Shown: positions 41,665-54,343, numbered from the stretch's first letter. The stretch is 64,000 nt of DNA from Candidatus Latescibacterota bacterium (GCA_965243025.1 CBDETY010000003.1:4896001-4960000); one strand, 5' to 3'. Translations and numbers: made by a program. Notes: generated by a model not told the origin, from the sequence alone.

Positions 41665-42813
41665 CTACAATTCGAGGAACCTGGGAAAGCTGGTGAGAAC
41701 CCTGCAGCCGCCATCCTCGACCGCCACGACATCCTCGATCCTCACTCCGCCGACCCCGGCGTAGTACAGCCCCGGTTCCACGGTGACGACGTGGCCGGTT
41801 TCGAGTCTGCCACCGCGTGAAGAAATACCCGGGCTCTCGTGAATCTCGAGTCCGAGGCCATGCCCGGTCCCGTGAAAGAAGCCCTGCATGCGGCCATCCC
41901 GCTCTCCTGTTTCGAAACCTGCCTCCTCGAACAGGGCGAGGATTTCGCGATGGATTTCACGGCCGTCCGCCTGGTTGCAAACAAGGCCCAGCCCCCGCTC
42001 CTGGGCGCTCAGGACCGTTTCGTACATCCGCTTCAGGGAATCCCCGGCACGTCCCTTGACGACGGTGCGGGTGATATCGCCGAAATAGCGGGTCGCGGCC
42101 GACCGCGGGAAGATGTCGATCACAATGGGTTGATGAGCCCGCAACGGGCCGCTTCCCTCCTCATGGGGGTCGCAGCTGTCCCGCCCGCAGGCGACAATGG
42201 TGTGCTCGGCGACGCAGTTCAGCTCGAGCAGGCGATGGTGAATCAGGTAGCGGATCTTCTCCGAAGTAAGGGTTTCTCCCTCCAGCCGCAGAAGACCGTC
42301 GTCCTCCACTGAAGAGGCTCGGAGGGCCGCGATGGCGGCTTCCATTCCGGCCTCGGCAGCCTTCAAAGCGGATTGAATCGCATCCAGCTCCGCCGGGCTC
42401 TTGATGGCTCGCTGCGGAAAAAGCGGGGGTTCGGCAACCTGGAGCTCATACCCGGCCGTGCGTAGGAAATCAGCGGCCGCGAGGGGAAACTCGGCCGGCA
42501 CCAGCAGCCGTTTCAACCCGATCTCTGACAGCGCCAGCGCCACAGCTCCGAAGTACAGGCAGGCCGCCGGGAGCGGTGGGGATTGCTGTGCGGCCTGGTG
42601 CTGGAAAGGAGCAATGGAAAGCACCCGGTCGACGCCGGCCTGGGCCTTGGCGCGGTCGATCTCCAGTTCGCTGACGAGTATCGTGCTGGCCTCCGCGGAC
42701 TGAACGAAGGTGTAGGGGTCAGGGGCCAGAAAGCCGCTGGCGTAATGCAGATCGGCGTTGTTTTCCGACGCCCCGATCAGCAGCATTCCGTCAGCGCCTC
42801 TGAAGTCCTCCAT
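41665..42813 (-). CDS. Xaa-Pro aminopeptidase (M24)
   Basis: RAIKS, DITRT, HGTGHGLGLEIHE, TVEPGLY and GVRIED. Confidence 0.93.
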   Translation of the reverse strand: MEDFRGADGMLLIGASENNADLHYASGFLAPDPYTFVQSAEASTILVSELEIDRAKAQAGVDRVLSIAPFQHQAAQQSPPLPAACLYFGAVALALSEIGLKRLLVPAEFPLAAADFLRTAGYELQVAEPPLFPQRAIKSPAELDAIQSALKAAEAGMEAAIAALRASSVEDDGLLRLEGETLTSEKIRYLIHHRLLELNCVAEHTIVACGRDSCDPHEEGSGPLRAHQPIVIDIFPRSAATRYFGDITRTVVKGRAGDSLKRMYETVLSAQERGLGLVCNQADGREIHREILALFEEAGFETGERDGRMQGFFHGTGHGLGLEIHESPGISSRGGRLETGHVVTVEPGLYYAGVGGVRIEDVVAVEDGGCRVLTSFPRFLEL

Positions 42814-44243
42814 CAGTTGTTCCGGATTTTCAAGGCGCGGACATCGATGCCCCGACCGGCTCGCCAGATCCAGAAAAGGGCGGATTTCTCCGCTTCCAGC
42901 ACCGAGACCACCTCGAGCAGGTTTTCGGCGGAGACGACCCGTTCCCTGTCGATTTCAGTAATGATGTCGAATTGTCGAATCCCCTTTGAGGCCGCTGGAC
43001 CGTCGGCGTCGATCTCGAGTACGGCGACGGCCTCTTCGCCGTTGAGGAACCCGAGCTCGCCGGCAATTTCGCGCGTGAACCCGAGTTGCTCGGCACGCTC
43101 GGGTGACAGCGGGCCGACCACAAGGCCGAGTTGCGAAAGCCGCCGCCTCCCTTCGGCGAGCAACCGGTCCCGTTCAGGCTCCCCCAGTATCACTGGAACG
43201 AACATGGTATCCCCATTCCGGACGATGGTCAGGGAAACGCGGTCGCCAGGGTCGCGGGCGTAGATAAGAGTCTGGACTTCGTTGCTGAGGTTTACCTCGC
43301 GTTCGTCGAGAGCGAGCACCACGTCGCCGTGCAGCAACCCGGCACCTGAGGCGGGGGAGTCCTCGTCGACGTGGTTGATGAAGACGCCCCGAGGCACTGT
43401 CCCCCCCAGACCGGCGCGTTCGACCAGTGCCTGGTCGACATCGAGCATCGAGATGCCGATATAGCCGTGCACCGTGCGGCCGTGTTCGAGGATATCCCGC
43501 ATCGCTTCCTGTACCAGGTCGATGGGTACCGCAAGCCCGTATCCTATGAAATAGCCGGTGCGGGTCGAGATCGCGGTGTTGATGCCGACGACTTCTCCGT
43601 CCAGGTTGAGCAGCGGTCCGCCCGAGTTGCCGCGGTTTATGACGGCGTTGGTCTGGATGAAGCTCTCGATCGCGTAGTTGCCCCGAATGACCTCGGCCTG
43701 GCGTCCCAGGGCGGATACGATTCCGTGTGTGAGCGTCAAGCCGAGCCCCAGAGGGTGGCCGATGGCCAGTACCCAGTCACCGATGCGGAGCTCGTCCGAC
43801 CGCCCGAAAGGGACCACAGGCAGCCCGTCGGCATCGATCTTCAGGACGGCGATGTCGATCAGGGAATCCGATCCGACCACGGTAGCGGGGAAGGCGCGCC
43901 GGTCTGACAGGACGACGCTGATCGAGTCGGCGGCGTTGATTACGTGGTGATTGCTGAGAACGTACCCGTCGGCGCTGACCAGAGTACCGGATCCCAGATA
44001 GTTGAAGTGCTCTTTTTCGATCTCGGGGTGGTACGGGGGCAGAAAGCGGCGAATCGCAACCGTGCTGGGAGTCGTCCGGATCAGCACGACGGCGGGGGAT
44101 GCGCGGTCGTAGACCATGCGAAACGCCTCCCCGAGGTTCTCCAGCTGAGCCCTGGCAGCCATTCCCGGGTCTTGTCCCGAGGCCGGGGCAATGGCGAGCG
44201 CCGTCACCAGGGTCGCGGCGCAAGCTCGTGCGCGGACGGTCAT
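42813..44243 (-). CDS. HtrA/DegP-family serine protease with two PDZ domains
   Basis: GSG, SNHHV, DIAVLK and INRGNSGGPL, with a signal peptide. Confidence 0.93.
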   Translation of the reverse strand: MTVRARACAATLVTALAIAPASGQDPGMAARAQLENLGEAFRMVYDRASPAVVLIRTTPSTVAIRRFLPPYHPEIEKEHFNYLGSGTLVSADGYVLSNHHVINAADSISVVLSDRRAFPATVVGSDSLIDIAVLKIDADGLPVVPFGRSDELRIGDWVLAIGHPLGLGLTLTHGIVSALGRQAEVIRGNYAIESFIQTNAVINRGNSGGPLLNLDGEVVGINTAISTRTGYFIGYGLAVPIDLVQEAMRDILEHGRTVHGYIGISMLDVDQALVERAGLGGTVPRGVFINHVDEDSPASGAGLLHGDVVLALDEREVNLSNEVQTLIYARDPGDRVSLTIVRNGDTMFVPVILGEPERDRLLAEGRRRLSQLGLVVGPLSPERAEQLGFTREIAGELGFLNGEEAVAVLEIDADGPAASKGIRQFDIITEIDRERVVSAENLLEVVSVLEAEKSALFWIWRAGRGIDVRALKIRNN

Positions 44244-45763
44244 TTCAGCCGGTAGTCAACGAGCTTTCGGTAGAGGGTGCGCAACCCGATTCCAAGCATT
44301 TCCGCCGCTTTTCGGCGGTTGCCGTTGACCCTTTTGAGGGCCTGCTCGATCGCCTCCCGCTCCAGCTCCCTGAGGGGGCGCACGCCGGTTCGGGAAGACC
44401 CGATCGCTGCCGGATCGAATTCGGGTCCGTCCATCCGGGGAACCTCCTCGATCTCTTCATCGACCTGGTAGATCGGTCGCGGCGGAAGCGGCGCCCGGTT
44501 GCCCAGGCGCTCGTCGACCAGCTGCCGCAACTCGGAGACTTCGCGTTTGAGGTCGAGAAGGGCGAAGTAGATCAACTCCCGCTCGGACTGATCCGGGGTT
44601 TTGTTGGTCGCCACCGGCAACTGCCGCAACCCGGAGGGAGGGGTTTCCAGGTGGGGAAGCAGGTCTTCGGGTTCCACCTGGCCCGAAGGACCGAGAAACA
44701 GCAGCCGCTCGACGAGGTTGCGCACCTCCCGGATGTTCCCAGGCCAGTCGTATTCCGTCAGCAGCTCGATGGCAGCGTCGGAAAAGCCGGCGAAACGGGT
44801 GGGAGCATCCCGGCCGTGAACGCGGACGAAGTGGTCGACCAGGGGTTCGATGTCTTCGCGGCGCTGTCGCAGCGGCGGGATGTTCAACTCGACAACCTTG
44901 AGCCGGTGGTACAGGTCGCGCCGGAACTCGCCGACGGTTACCGCCTGGGACAGGTCCTTGTTGCTCGCCGCTATTACGCGGACGTCGACAGGAATGGCGG
45001 AATCGCCGCCGATGCGGGTGATTTCCCGTTCCTCGAGGACGCGCAGCAGCCGCACCTGTGCTGACAACGCCATTTCGCCGATTTCGTCGAGGAAAACAGT
45101 GCCTCCGTCGGCCTGCTCGAAAACCCCCCGATACCGGGCGCGCGCATCGGTAAAGGCACCCCTTTCGTGACCGAAGAGCTCGTTTTCAAGCAGGTTTTCC
45201 GGAATGGCGCCGCAGTTCAGCACCTTGAAGGGGCGATTGCAGCGCGGGCTGTAGTGATGCAGGGCCTGGGCGACGACATCCTTGCCGACCCCGCTTTCGC
45301 CGCTGATCAGAACGGTTACCTGGGTCGGGGCAATCAACAGGATGCGGTCGCGCAACTCGCGGATCGCCTCGGAACGGCCGACGAGGCGATCGTGCAGGAA
45401 GCGGCTTTTTTCCAGCAGTCCCTGGACGCGGCCGCGCAGGTCTTCGGGTGAGACTGGAGCCTGAACGACCTCTTCGAGCGGGTTACCCCGGGATATCCGG
45501 TGCCATTGGGCCGCCGATCCGGTTGCCAGAATCAGCGCGGGCAGTTCGCGACGGTCGCTCAGTAACGCCGCCGCGGCGGCGAGCGCCCGACTGGGAAGGT
45601 TGAGGTCGACGATCACCAGGTCGGCTCCGCGGTCGAGAAGCCTTCTCAGCGCCGGAGCCTCGCGCACCTCTACTGTCTGCAGCGCCTCGAGGGCCGAGGT
45701 GGTTTCTTCGCGCATCCGCGGGTCCTGTGTGAACAGGAGTATGCGTTCGCTCTTGCCCGCCAT
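44240..45763 (-). CDS. Sigma54-dependent transcriptional activator (receiver-like, AAA+ and Fis HTH domains)
   Basis: GESGVGKD, ELFGHERGAFTDA, LDEIGE, WPGNIRE and GNRRKAAEMLGIGLRTLYRK. Confidence 0.93.
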   Translation of the reverse strand: MAGKSERILLFTQDPRMREETTSALEALQTVEVREAPALRRLLDRGADLVIVDLNLPSRALAAAAALLSDRRELPALILATGSAAQWHRISRGNPLEEVVQAPVSPEDLRGRVQGLLEKSRFLHDRLVGRSEAIRELRDRILLIAPTQVTVLISGESGVGKDVVAQALHHYSPRCNRPFKVLNCGAIPENLLENELFGHERGAFTDARARYRGVFEQADGGTVFLDEIGEMALSAQVRLLRVLEEREITRIGGDSAIPVDVRVIAASNKDLSQAVTVGEFRRDLYHRLKVVELNIPPLRQRREDIEPLVDHFVRVHGRDAPTRFAGFSDAAIELLTEYDWPGNIREVRNLVERLLFLGPSGQVEPEDLLPHLETPPSGLRQLPVATNKTPDQSERELIYFALLDLKREVSELRQLVDERLGNRAPLPPRPIYQVDEEIEEVPRMDGPEFDPAAIGSSRTGVRPLRELEREAIEQALKRVNGNRRKAAEMLGIGLRTLYRKLVDYRLK

Positions 45764-45935
45764 GCTCAGTCTGGGCCCGGCTGCATACCTCGGCGCAGGA
45801 ATACCCCCGGCAAAGGCCTGTCGGGGTGCGCACCGTTTCGGTTGCCTGCGCGGCTAACCCGGGGCCTGGCGCTGCCTGCCGGGATGGGACCTTCTGAATT
45901 CCACTGTCGGCTTTTCAGCAGGGTGCCGGTGCCAC

Positions 45936-48900
45936 TCACCGGTTCCTCGTGCGCTCGAGGCCCTCCCGGGCGATCTTGCCGTATTCGCTGTCGCTGCCTT
46001 CGCGGCGGATGATGCGGTCGTAGATACTGGCCGCCTGTGCGAGTTCCCCCAGCTCTTCGTGGCACTGTGCGCGTTTGAAATCTGCGGAGTTGATCCAGCC
46101 GGCGAACACGCCGGATCCGTGAAAGGAGACCCGGTAGTAGGCTTCGATGGCATCGCGGTAAAGTCCCATCCGCTGGAAGGATTCGCCGATGTAGTAACGG
46201 GCCTGAGCTGCGATATCCCCCTGAGCCCATTCGAGAACACCTTCCAGATATTCGATCGCCTGGCTGTACTGGCCTCTTTCCTTGAGAATGTAGCCGATTT
46301 CGAGATGCACGGCATTGGCGTGCGGGTGGTCGGGATACTGTTCCAGCAGGCGTCTGGCAATGCGGCGGGCCTCGTCCCACTCGAACAGGTCTCGGTAACA
46401 GAGCAGGAGCGACCAGAACGCCTCCTGCTTCTGTGCGTCGGAACCGGCCCCGTCGACGACACGGCGAAAAGCCCCGGCCGCCGGGAGCAGCTGCTTGAGC
46501 ACGCCCCGGTAGTAGTGGCCCAGGCGCAGGTGGACGTTTGCCCCGAACGCCGATTCCCCGTGCTTGCGGGCGAACTGCACCTGGGCTTCCAGGGCGCGCG
46601 CCGCCCGCTCTTCGGTCGGTTCCCGAAGGTTCTGCTCCCATAAGGCTGTGACGACGAAATAGCTGGCCGCCGCTGCCGGGTTCTCTGTGATTTTGACCAG
46701 CTCTTCGTCCGGGATCTCGAATCCCGGGCTGACGGCGCTGGTTCTTTCAGCCTGCTTTTCCGCGCCCCGAAAAATCTTCAGCGCCCTGCCGTAGTTGTGA
46801 ACGCGCAGGTAGTGCCGTCCGGATTCCAGGGTGAGAATCCAGTACCATGCACCTCCCTCGGGCACATTGTCGAGAACGGAACCGGCGATTTTTTTGGCGG
46901 CGTCGGCACGTCCGAGTCTGTAGAGACAGACTGCCCGCAAACCGTCGACGGCGGTTCCCTTGCCGGCCTCGTAGGAGGCAAGGGCGCGGTCGAAGCGACC
47001 GGCGGCGAAATGGTGATCTCCCGCCGCCCGTGAAGCAGCGGAAGCCACCTCTGCAATGGAGCTGCGGCGCAGCCGTTCGAAAAGGGCGACCGCTTCCTCC
47101 GGGCGATTCAGGCGCCGCAACAGACGGGCTTTCGCCAGTTTCATGCTGTCGGCGTAGGCCGCCGATGGATGGGCGGACAACAGCTGTTCGAACAGTCCCA
47201 GGGATGCCTGGTAGTCCCCATTGCGTTCGTAGGCCCTGGCCAGTTGCCTCCGGATGACGGCCCCGGGCTCCCCCTGGGGGTCTGATTTCTGCAGCTGCTG
47301 CAGCGCCGAGACGGCGGCGGGATAGCTGCCGAGTTCGAGGTAGGCGGACGCCAGGGCCATCTGCACTTCCCGGCGCTCGGGAAACGCCGGGTAGGCCAGC
47401 AGCAGTTCCTCGAAGCGGGCCGCTCCCTCGACGATTCTCGATTCGGCCATCAATGCCTTGCCGAGCTCGAACAGGACCTCCGGAATCAGGGAGCTGCCGG
47501 AGAGATCTCCAAGGAGGGCTTCGAGGGAATCGACGGCAGCCGCCGTCTCGCCCAACCGGGCCCGGCTTGCGGCGGCGCCGAAACGCGCCTTCGGTGCATA
47601 CTCCCCACCCGGCGATTCGCCGAAGGCGCGTCGATAGGCGGCAAGTGCCGCTCCCCAGTGGTCGCTGTCCGTCGCTGCGTACCTGAGAGCGTCGGCCAGT
47701 TTCAGTTCGGCGGCGGCTCGCAGTTCCGGGCCGACGCCCTCGTTCAGCCGGAACGAGACCAGCCGTTCCGCAAGCAGAAGTGCCCGTTGGTCCGCGCCGG
47801 TTTCCTCCAGATCCGCGTCGAGAAGGCGGAACCGGGCGAGCCGATGCCAGCGCTCGTCTCCTTCAGCGGCGAGCTCGCGAAACCGCTGCAGGCCAAGCCG
47901 CAGCAGTGAGTCTGCCTGGGAATCGAGCCCCTCTGCCCGGCGCTGGCGAGCCAGCGACTGCAGGCAGTCAGCGAGGAGGAATTCGGCTTCGGCAATCGTT
48001 TCGTCGCCGCCGTAGTCGGCGACGAATGCCTCCAGCTGCCGAACGGCATTGGGGTAATCGTGGTTCTCTCTCAGGGTATTGATTACCCGGAACCGGACCT
48101 CCTGCCGCGGGGCGCCGCCGAGCTCGTCCAGCCAGGCCTGTCGCAGGGCGCGGTCGAGGCCGGATCTGTCGAGAATGGTGAACTCGCGCAGATACTCGAC
48201 TCGCCGGCGCGCCTCTGCTGCCAGCACGTGCGCGGGAAAGCGTTCCAGAAAGGTCAGATACTCCCGCAGCGCGAATCCGGGAAGGCCGCCGTGTTCGTAG
48301 GCGCGTGCCGTACCCAGTTGCGCTTGTGCGGCGATGGCCGCATCGACGTGCAGGAGATGCTGGAACTGGGCAATCGCGTCGTTGCTGTACCCGGCCGCAT
48401 CGAGGACCTGGGCGAGGTTCAGTCGCACCTGTGCCTGGGCCCTCGCATCCTGGTTTTCTGCATCGTTCAGATAATGTCTGTACCAGGTGGCGGAGCGGGT
48501 CAGATCGCCGCGGCGGCGGTACAGCGCCGCCAGCTCTTCCATCGCCTTGGCTCGAAACGGAGAGGTTCGGGGGGTGGCGGGTTGTTGAATGACTGCCAGG
48601 AACAAAGGGATCGCTTCGGCGAAGCGGTCCGTGTGGCCATGGCAAATGGCAACCCCGAGCTGAGCGGAACCCCGTATGAGGTCGCCCGCCCCGGAATCCT
48701 CCGCGAGCCGTCGATAGCGCACGAGGGCGGCCTTGTAACGGCCGCTCAGACGCAATGCCTCGGCCGCCCCGAGCTCGGCCCGCCGCCGCAACCCCGGATC
48801 GGATACCTGCTTGCGCGCCTGGTTGAAGACTTCGACCGCGCGGTCGTACTGCGCTTTCGCAATGGCGTAATCCCCGGATTCGAACCAGGAGCTGTCCGCG

Positions 48901-49631
48901 TGGTCAGAGCGCGGGTACCGGTTGCGCAACGCCGTGAAAGCCTGCTCGGCCAGGGCCGGTTTACCGAGAAAGAGCTGGATCCTGCCCGTCAGCAGAAAGG
49001 CGTCCTTTACGGCGTCGGCGTCCCGCCCGGAGGTTGTAACCTGATCGAGCAGGCGCTGCGCGCGATCGGCCCTGCCGGAGGCGAAGGCGATGCGGGCCAT
49101 GTTGAAGCGCGCCCTGGAGGCCAGCCGGTGGCTGGCGTACTCCGCAATCAGGCGCTCGTAGGCCGCGATTGCCGCCGGCAGGTTCTGTGCCCTGGTGTAG
49201 TTGGCTGCGGCGTCGATGAGGGCGGGAACGGCGAATTCACCGACCGGGAACAGCCGCTGGATCTCTTCGTGCGCAACCGCGGCCCTCGCAAACTCTCCGA
49301 GTTGTTCCCAACAGACAGCTCGCTCCCGCCTCGCTTCGGCCGTACCGAGGTGCTCGGGATGCTCCGTGAGGTACTCTTCGTAAGCGGGAACGGCTTGCTC
49401 GCAACGCCCGCTGCGGGCGTACGAACGCGCCAGAAGCAAACGGGCTTCGGGAAGGTTGCGGTGGTGGGGATAGTTGCGGATGAAGTCCGCGAACAGCTGG
49501 GAGGCGGTACCGTAGTCGCCGGCATCGCGAAACAGATTGCGCGCCAGCTTGAAATCGTCGTCGGAGCGCTCTTCGAGAGACTGTCCCCAGGTACCGGAGG
49601 CAGCGGCGAAAAAGCTGCAGACAAGGCACAA
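45936..49631 (-). CDS. Very large exported tetratricopeptide-repeat protein (CpoB/BamD-like repeats)
   Basis: Repeating A..Y..F...YP.S...A...LA TPR pairs over ~1200 aa. Start uncertain: TTG 49631 with GGAGG RBS and signal peptide, or ATG 49805. Confidence 0.85.
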   Translation of the reverse strand: MCLVCSFFAAASGTWGQSLEERSDDDFKLARNLFRDAGDYGTASQLFADFIRNYPHHRNLPEARLLLARSYARSGRCEQAVPAYEEYLTEHPEHLGTAEARRERAVCWEQLGEFARAAVAHEEIQRLFPVGEFAVPALIDAAANYTRAQNLPAAIAAYERLIAEYASHRLASRARFNMARIAFASGRADRAQRLLDQVTTSGRDADAVKDAFLLTGRIQLFLGKPALAEQAFTALRNRYPRSDHADSSWFESGDYAIAKAQYDRAVEVFNQARKQVSDPGLRRRAELGAAEALRLSGRYKAALVRYRRLAEDSGAGDLIRGSAQLGVAICHGHTDRFAEAIPLFLAVIQQPATPRTSPFRAKAMEELAALYRRRGDLTRSATWYRHYLNDAENQDARAQAQVRLNLAQVLDAAGYSNDAIAQFQHLLHVDAAIAAQAQLGTARAYEHGGLPGFALREYLTFLERFPAHVLAAEARRRVEYLREFTILDRSGLDRALRQAWLDELGGAPRQEVRFRVINTLRENHDYPNAVRQLEAFVADYGGDETIAEAEFLLADCLQSLARQRRAEGLDSQADSLLRLGLQRFRELAAEGDERWHRLARFRLLDADLEETGADQRALLLAERLVSFRLNEGVGPELRAAAELKLADALRYAATDSDHWGAALAAYRRAFGESPGGEYAPKARFGAAASRARLGETAAAVDSLEALLGDLSGSSLIPEVLFELGKALMAESRIVEGAARFEELLLAYPAFPERREVQMALASAYLELGSYPAAVSALQQLQKSDPQGEPGAVIRRQLARAYERNGDYQASLGLFEQLLSAHPSAAYADSMKLAKARLLRRLNRPEEAVALFERLRRSSIAEVASAASRAAGDHHFAAGRFDRALASYEAGKGTAVDGLRAVCLYRLGRADAAKKIAGSVLDNVPEGGAWYWILTLESGRHYLRVHNYGRALKIFRGAEKQAERTSAVSPGFEIPDEELVKITENPAAAASYFVVTALWEQNLREPTEERAARALEAQVQFARKHGESAFGANVHLRLGHYYRGVLKQLLPAAGAFRRVVDGAGSDAQKQEAFWSLLLCYRDLFEWDEARRIARRLLEQYPDHPHANAVHLEIGYILKERGQYSQAIEYLEGVLEWAQGDIAAQARYYIGESFQRMGLYRDAIEAYYRVSFHGSGVFAGWINSADFKRAQCHEELGELAQAASIYDRIIRREGSDSEYGKIAREGLERTRNR

Positions 49632-49806
49632 CCCGGCGAATCCTCCGGGTAGTGGCAGGTGCCGTACAGATGCTACAACGTTGTAAAAAAACAATCGGTT
49701 GTGTGGTTCCTGACGGAACGGGAAGGATGTCGGGCCGGGGAAAAGGACATACAATTGATGTGCAGATTTCGGATTATATGGTTCGTATTTGTGGAGGTCA
49801 AGCATC

Positions 49807-50691
49807 GTGACCCCGGGCCCCGGAGAAACCGGACAGGACCCCTTGTTGGTGGAAAAAGCGCATGCCAAGGTCAACCTGGGTCTGAAGATCCTCGGCAGAC
49901 GGGAGGATGGCTTCCACGACCTGGTCAGTATCTGCCAGACTGTCGACCTCAGCGACAGGTTGGAGTTCTTTCCCGCCTCCTCCGACCGCATGAGTTGTTC
50001 GGCCTCGGAGCTGGCGTGCGCCGACAACCTGGTGATGCGCGCCCTCAGCCTGTGCCGCCGCCGGATGGGAGGCGATCACCAGCCTGTGCATGTTCACCTC
50101 GAAAAGCGGATCCCGGTCGGGGCCGGCCTCGGTGGGGGCAGCGCCGATGCAGCGGCCGTACTCAGGGCGATGGCCGCGATCACGGGAGTTCAGACCGATA
50201 CGGACACCCTTGCCGCCTGGGGGGCTGCGCTCGGGTCGGATGTTCCCTTCCTGGTCCGCGGGGGGACTGCCGTGATTCGGGGGCGCGGCGAAATCATCGA
50301 GCCGGTTTCGTGCCAACGGCTCGAGTACGTCATCGCTTATCCCGGGGTGGAAGTCGATACCGCCTGGGCCTACGCTCAACTACGCGGTCTCAAATTGACA
50401 CCCATTTCGGCTTACGCTAGATTTGCTGGCTCGCTTGGCGGCGGGCGCGTCGATACGGATCGCCTGGTCGAGTTGGTCGACAACGACTTCCAGCCGATCG
50501 TCGAACGAGCCAAACCCATCGTCGCAGATACAAGAGAGCAACTGCTGGCCGCTGGTGCCGCAACCGCATCCCTGACCGGCAGCGGCTCCGCCGTATACGG
50601 CATATTCGACGACCGGATCGCCGCCGCGTCGGCTCACTCGCAGCTGACGGCGAAGGGCATCCGGTCTTTTCATTGCAGGACCCAGGATTAG
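49807..50691 (+). CDS. ispE: 4-(CDP)-2-C-methyl-D-erythritol kinase
   Basis: AKVNLGL, KRIPVGAGLGGGSADAA, LGSDVPF and LTGSGS. GTG 49807 has a GGAGG RBS. Confidence 0.95.
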   Translation: MTPGPGETGQDPLLVEKAHAKVNLGLKILGRREDGFHDLVSICQTVDLSDRLEFFPASSDRMSCSASELACADNLVMRALSLCRRRMGGDHQPVHVHLEKRIPVGAGLGGGSADAAAVLRAMAAITGVQTDTDTLAAWGAALGSDVPFLVRGGTAVIRGRGEIIEPVSCQRLEYVIAYPGVEVDTAWAYAQLRGLKLTPISAYARFAGSLGGGRVDTDRLVELVDNDFQPIVERAKPIVADTREQLLAAGAATASLTGSGSAVYGIFDDRIAAASAHSQLTAKGIRSFHCRTQD

Positions 50692-50768
50692 TGGAAGACG
50701 CGCAGTTCCCCGGCCAACCGAGGGACGCGCATATGCTGGTTCAGCCAGGGAAAGAAAACCCATTTTGC

Positions 50769-50843
50769 TGCCCGGTCGTTCAATTGGTAGGACAACGGAT
50801 TTTGGTTCCGTCTATCGAGGTTCAAGTCCTCGCCGGGCAGCCA
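50769..50843 (+). tRNA. tRNA-Gln(TTG)
   Basis: Acceptor TGCCCGG/CCGGGCA-GCCA and anticodon arm ACGGA-TTTTGGT-TCCGT, in the canonical position after ispE. Confidence 0.95.
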
Positions 50844-50914
50844 ATAATCGCAAGCGGCAAGTGCCGGGTGGAATGCTGCCCGGGCGAAGAAACCCGAGTC
50901 GGGAGATGTGATCC

Positions 50915-51619
50915 ATGCATGCGGTCAAGATGCAGATTTTCAGCCGCGACGAGATCAAGCTGGATATCGAGGAGCGAAGCGAGCGTGGCAAAGGGCCGGT
51001 CGGTCGGTTGCGACGGGATGGGGGCATGCTCCCCGGCATCATTTACGGCCGTCACCGGGAACCGCTCCCTTTCAAGGTGGAAACCCTCTCCCTCGAGCGT
51101 GCACTGAGCAAGGGTGGCCAGGATGCCGTCTTTCTGCTGCAGATGAGCGGCAACGGCTCCGGAGACCAGGCCGTGGTGCGTGAAATCCAGTATCACAAGG
51201 TCACGGGCGATATCCTGCACGTAGACATGCTCAGAATCGATCCCGAAGAGCATTTGCGCGTCGAGGTGCCGATTTCCACGGTCGGTATACCCGTAGGGGT
51301 GCATGTCGGCGGTGGCGCCGTGCAGCATTCCCTGCAGCGGCTGGAAATGGTTTGCCTGGCTTCGGAGTTGCCGTCTCGCGTCGAGATCGAAATCGCCGAA
51401 CTCGACATCGGCAGCAGCATTCACGTAAGCGATCTCCTGGAACAGGACAACCGGATCATGACGGATCCTGCCACCACCATAGTCAGCGTGCTGTCGCCGC
51501 GTCTGACGGTCGACGAAGAGCAGGTCGAGGAGGAGGAAGAGGAGCCGCTCGAAGGCGAAGCTCCGGAAGAAGACGGAGAGATCGAACAGACAGATGACGC
51601 AGGAGACGACGACTCCTGA
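50915..51619 (+). CDS. rplY: 50S ribosomal protein L25 / general stress protein Ctc
   Basis: GKG..GRLRR.G..PGIIYG, VREIQYH, ILHVD and an acidic tail. Confidence 0.93.
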   Translation: MHAVKMQIFSRDEIKLDIEERSERGKGPVGRLRRDGGMLPGIIYGRHREPLPFKVETLSLERALSKGGQDAVFLLQMSGNGSGDQAVVREIQYHKVTGDILHVDMLRIDPEEHLRVEVPISTVGIPVGVHVGGGAVQHSLQRLEMVCLASELPSRVEIEIAELDIGSSIHVSDLLEQDNRIMTDPATTIVSVLSPRLTVDEEQVEEEEEEPLEGEAPEEDGEIEQTDDAGDDDS

Positions 51620-52196
51620 ACCTCTCGAAGCCCATATCCGCATCGTGGTCGGGTTGGGTAATCCAGGTCCCCGATACGCCGCTACCCGCCACAACATCGG
51701 ATTCATGGTTGCCGATCGGCTCCTGGAGGAGCATGGAGGGTTCTGGCAGTCCGGACCGGATTGCGAAACGGCGCGGGTCCGACTGGACACCGACGAGATT
51801 ACCCTGTTGAAACCGCAGACCTACATGAACCGGAGCGGGGATGCCGTATCCGCGTTGCGGCGGCAGGAGACCTTCGGTCCCGGGCAGGTGCTGGTGGTTT
51901 GCGACGATTTCACCTTGCCGTTTTCGCGAATACGCCTGCGGCGTGGAGGCAGCGACGGAGGGCATAACGGCCTTGCCTCCGTCCTGGGGGCACTGGGGAC
52001 GGAAGCAGTTCCGCGGTTGCGGGTCGGGATCGGTCCGGTCACCGATGGGGACGACGTCGATTTCGTGCTGACTGAATTCGAGCGCAGCGAACCTGTAGCC
52101 GCCCTGGTCGATCGCGCCTGCGATGCCGTCACGTGCTGTATCGATGACGGGGTGGACGCGGCGATGAATCGCTTCAACGGGTGCCCGCCGCTGTAG
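51594..52196 (+). CDS. pth: Peptidyl-tRNA hydrolase
   Basis: [27 protein letters not shown] and GGHNGL. Confidence 0.95.
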   Translation: MTQETTTPEPLEAHIRIVVGLGNPGPRYAATRHNIGFMVADRLLEEHGGFWQSGPDCETARVRLDTDEITLLKPQTYMNRSGDAVSALRRQETFGPGQVLVVCDDFTLPFSRIRLRRGGSDGGHNGLASVLGALGTEAVPRLRVGIGPVTDGDDVDFVLTEFERSEPVAALVDRACDAVTCCIDDGVDAAMNRFNGCPPL

Positions 52197-52245
52197 AAAC
52201 GGCGGCTGTCGGGCTCACTCAACAATCCTGGAGTCGGGAGGTCTG

Positions 52246-54303
<2,058 letters not shown>

Positions 54304-54343
54304 AAACCGCGCCAAAGAGCAAAGCGCAGAAAGCGGTGATTCA

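Noticed and set aside
34997-49652. Long antisense ORFs over the ccm genes and the TPR gene (583, 313 and 530 aa)
   Set aside because: Antisense or alternative-frame shadows of well-supported genes.
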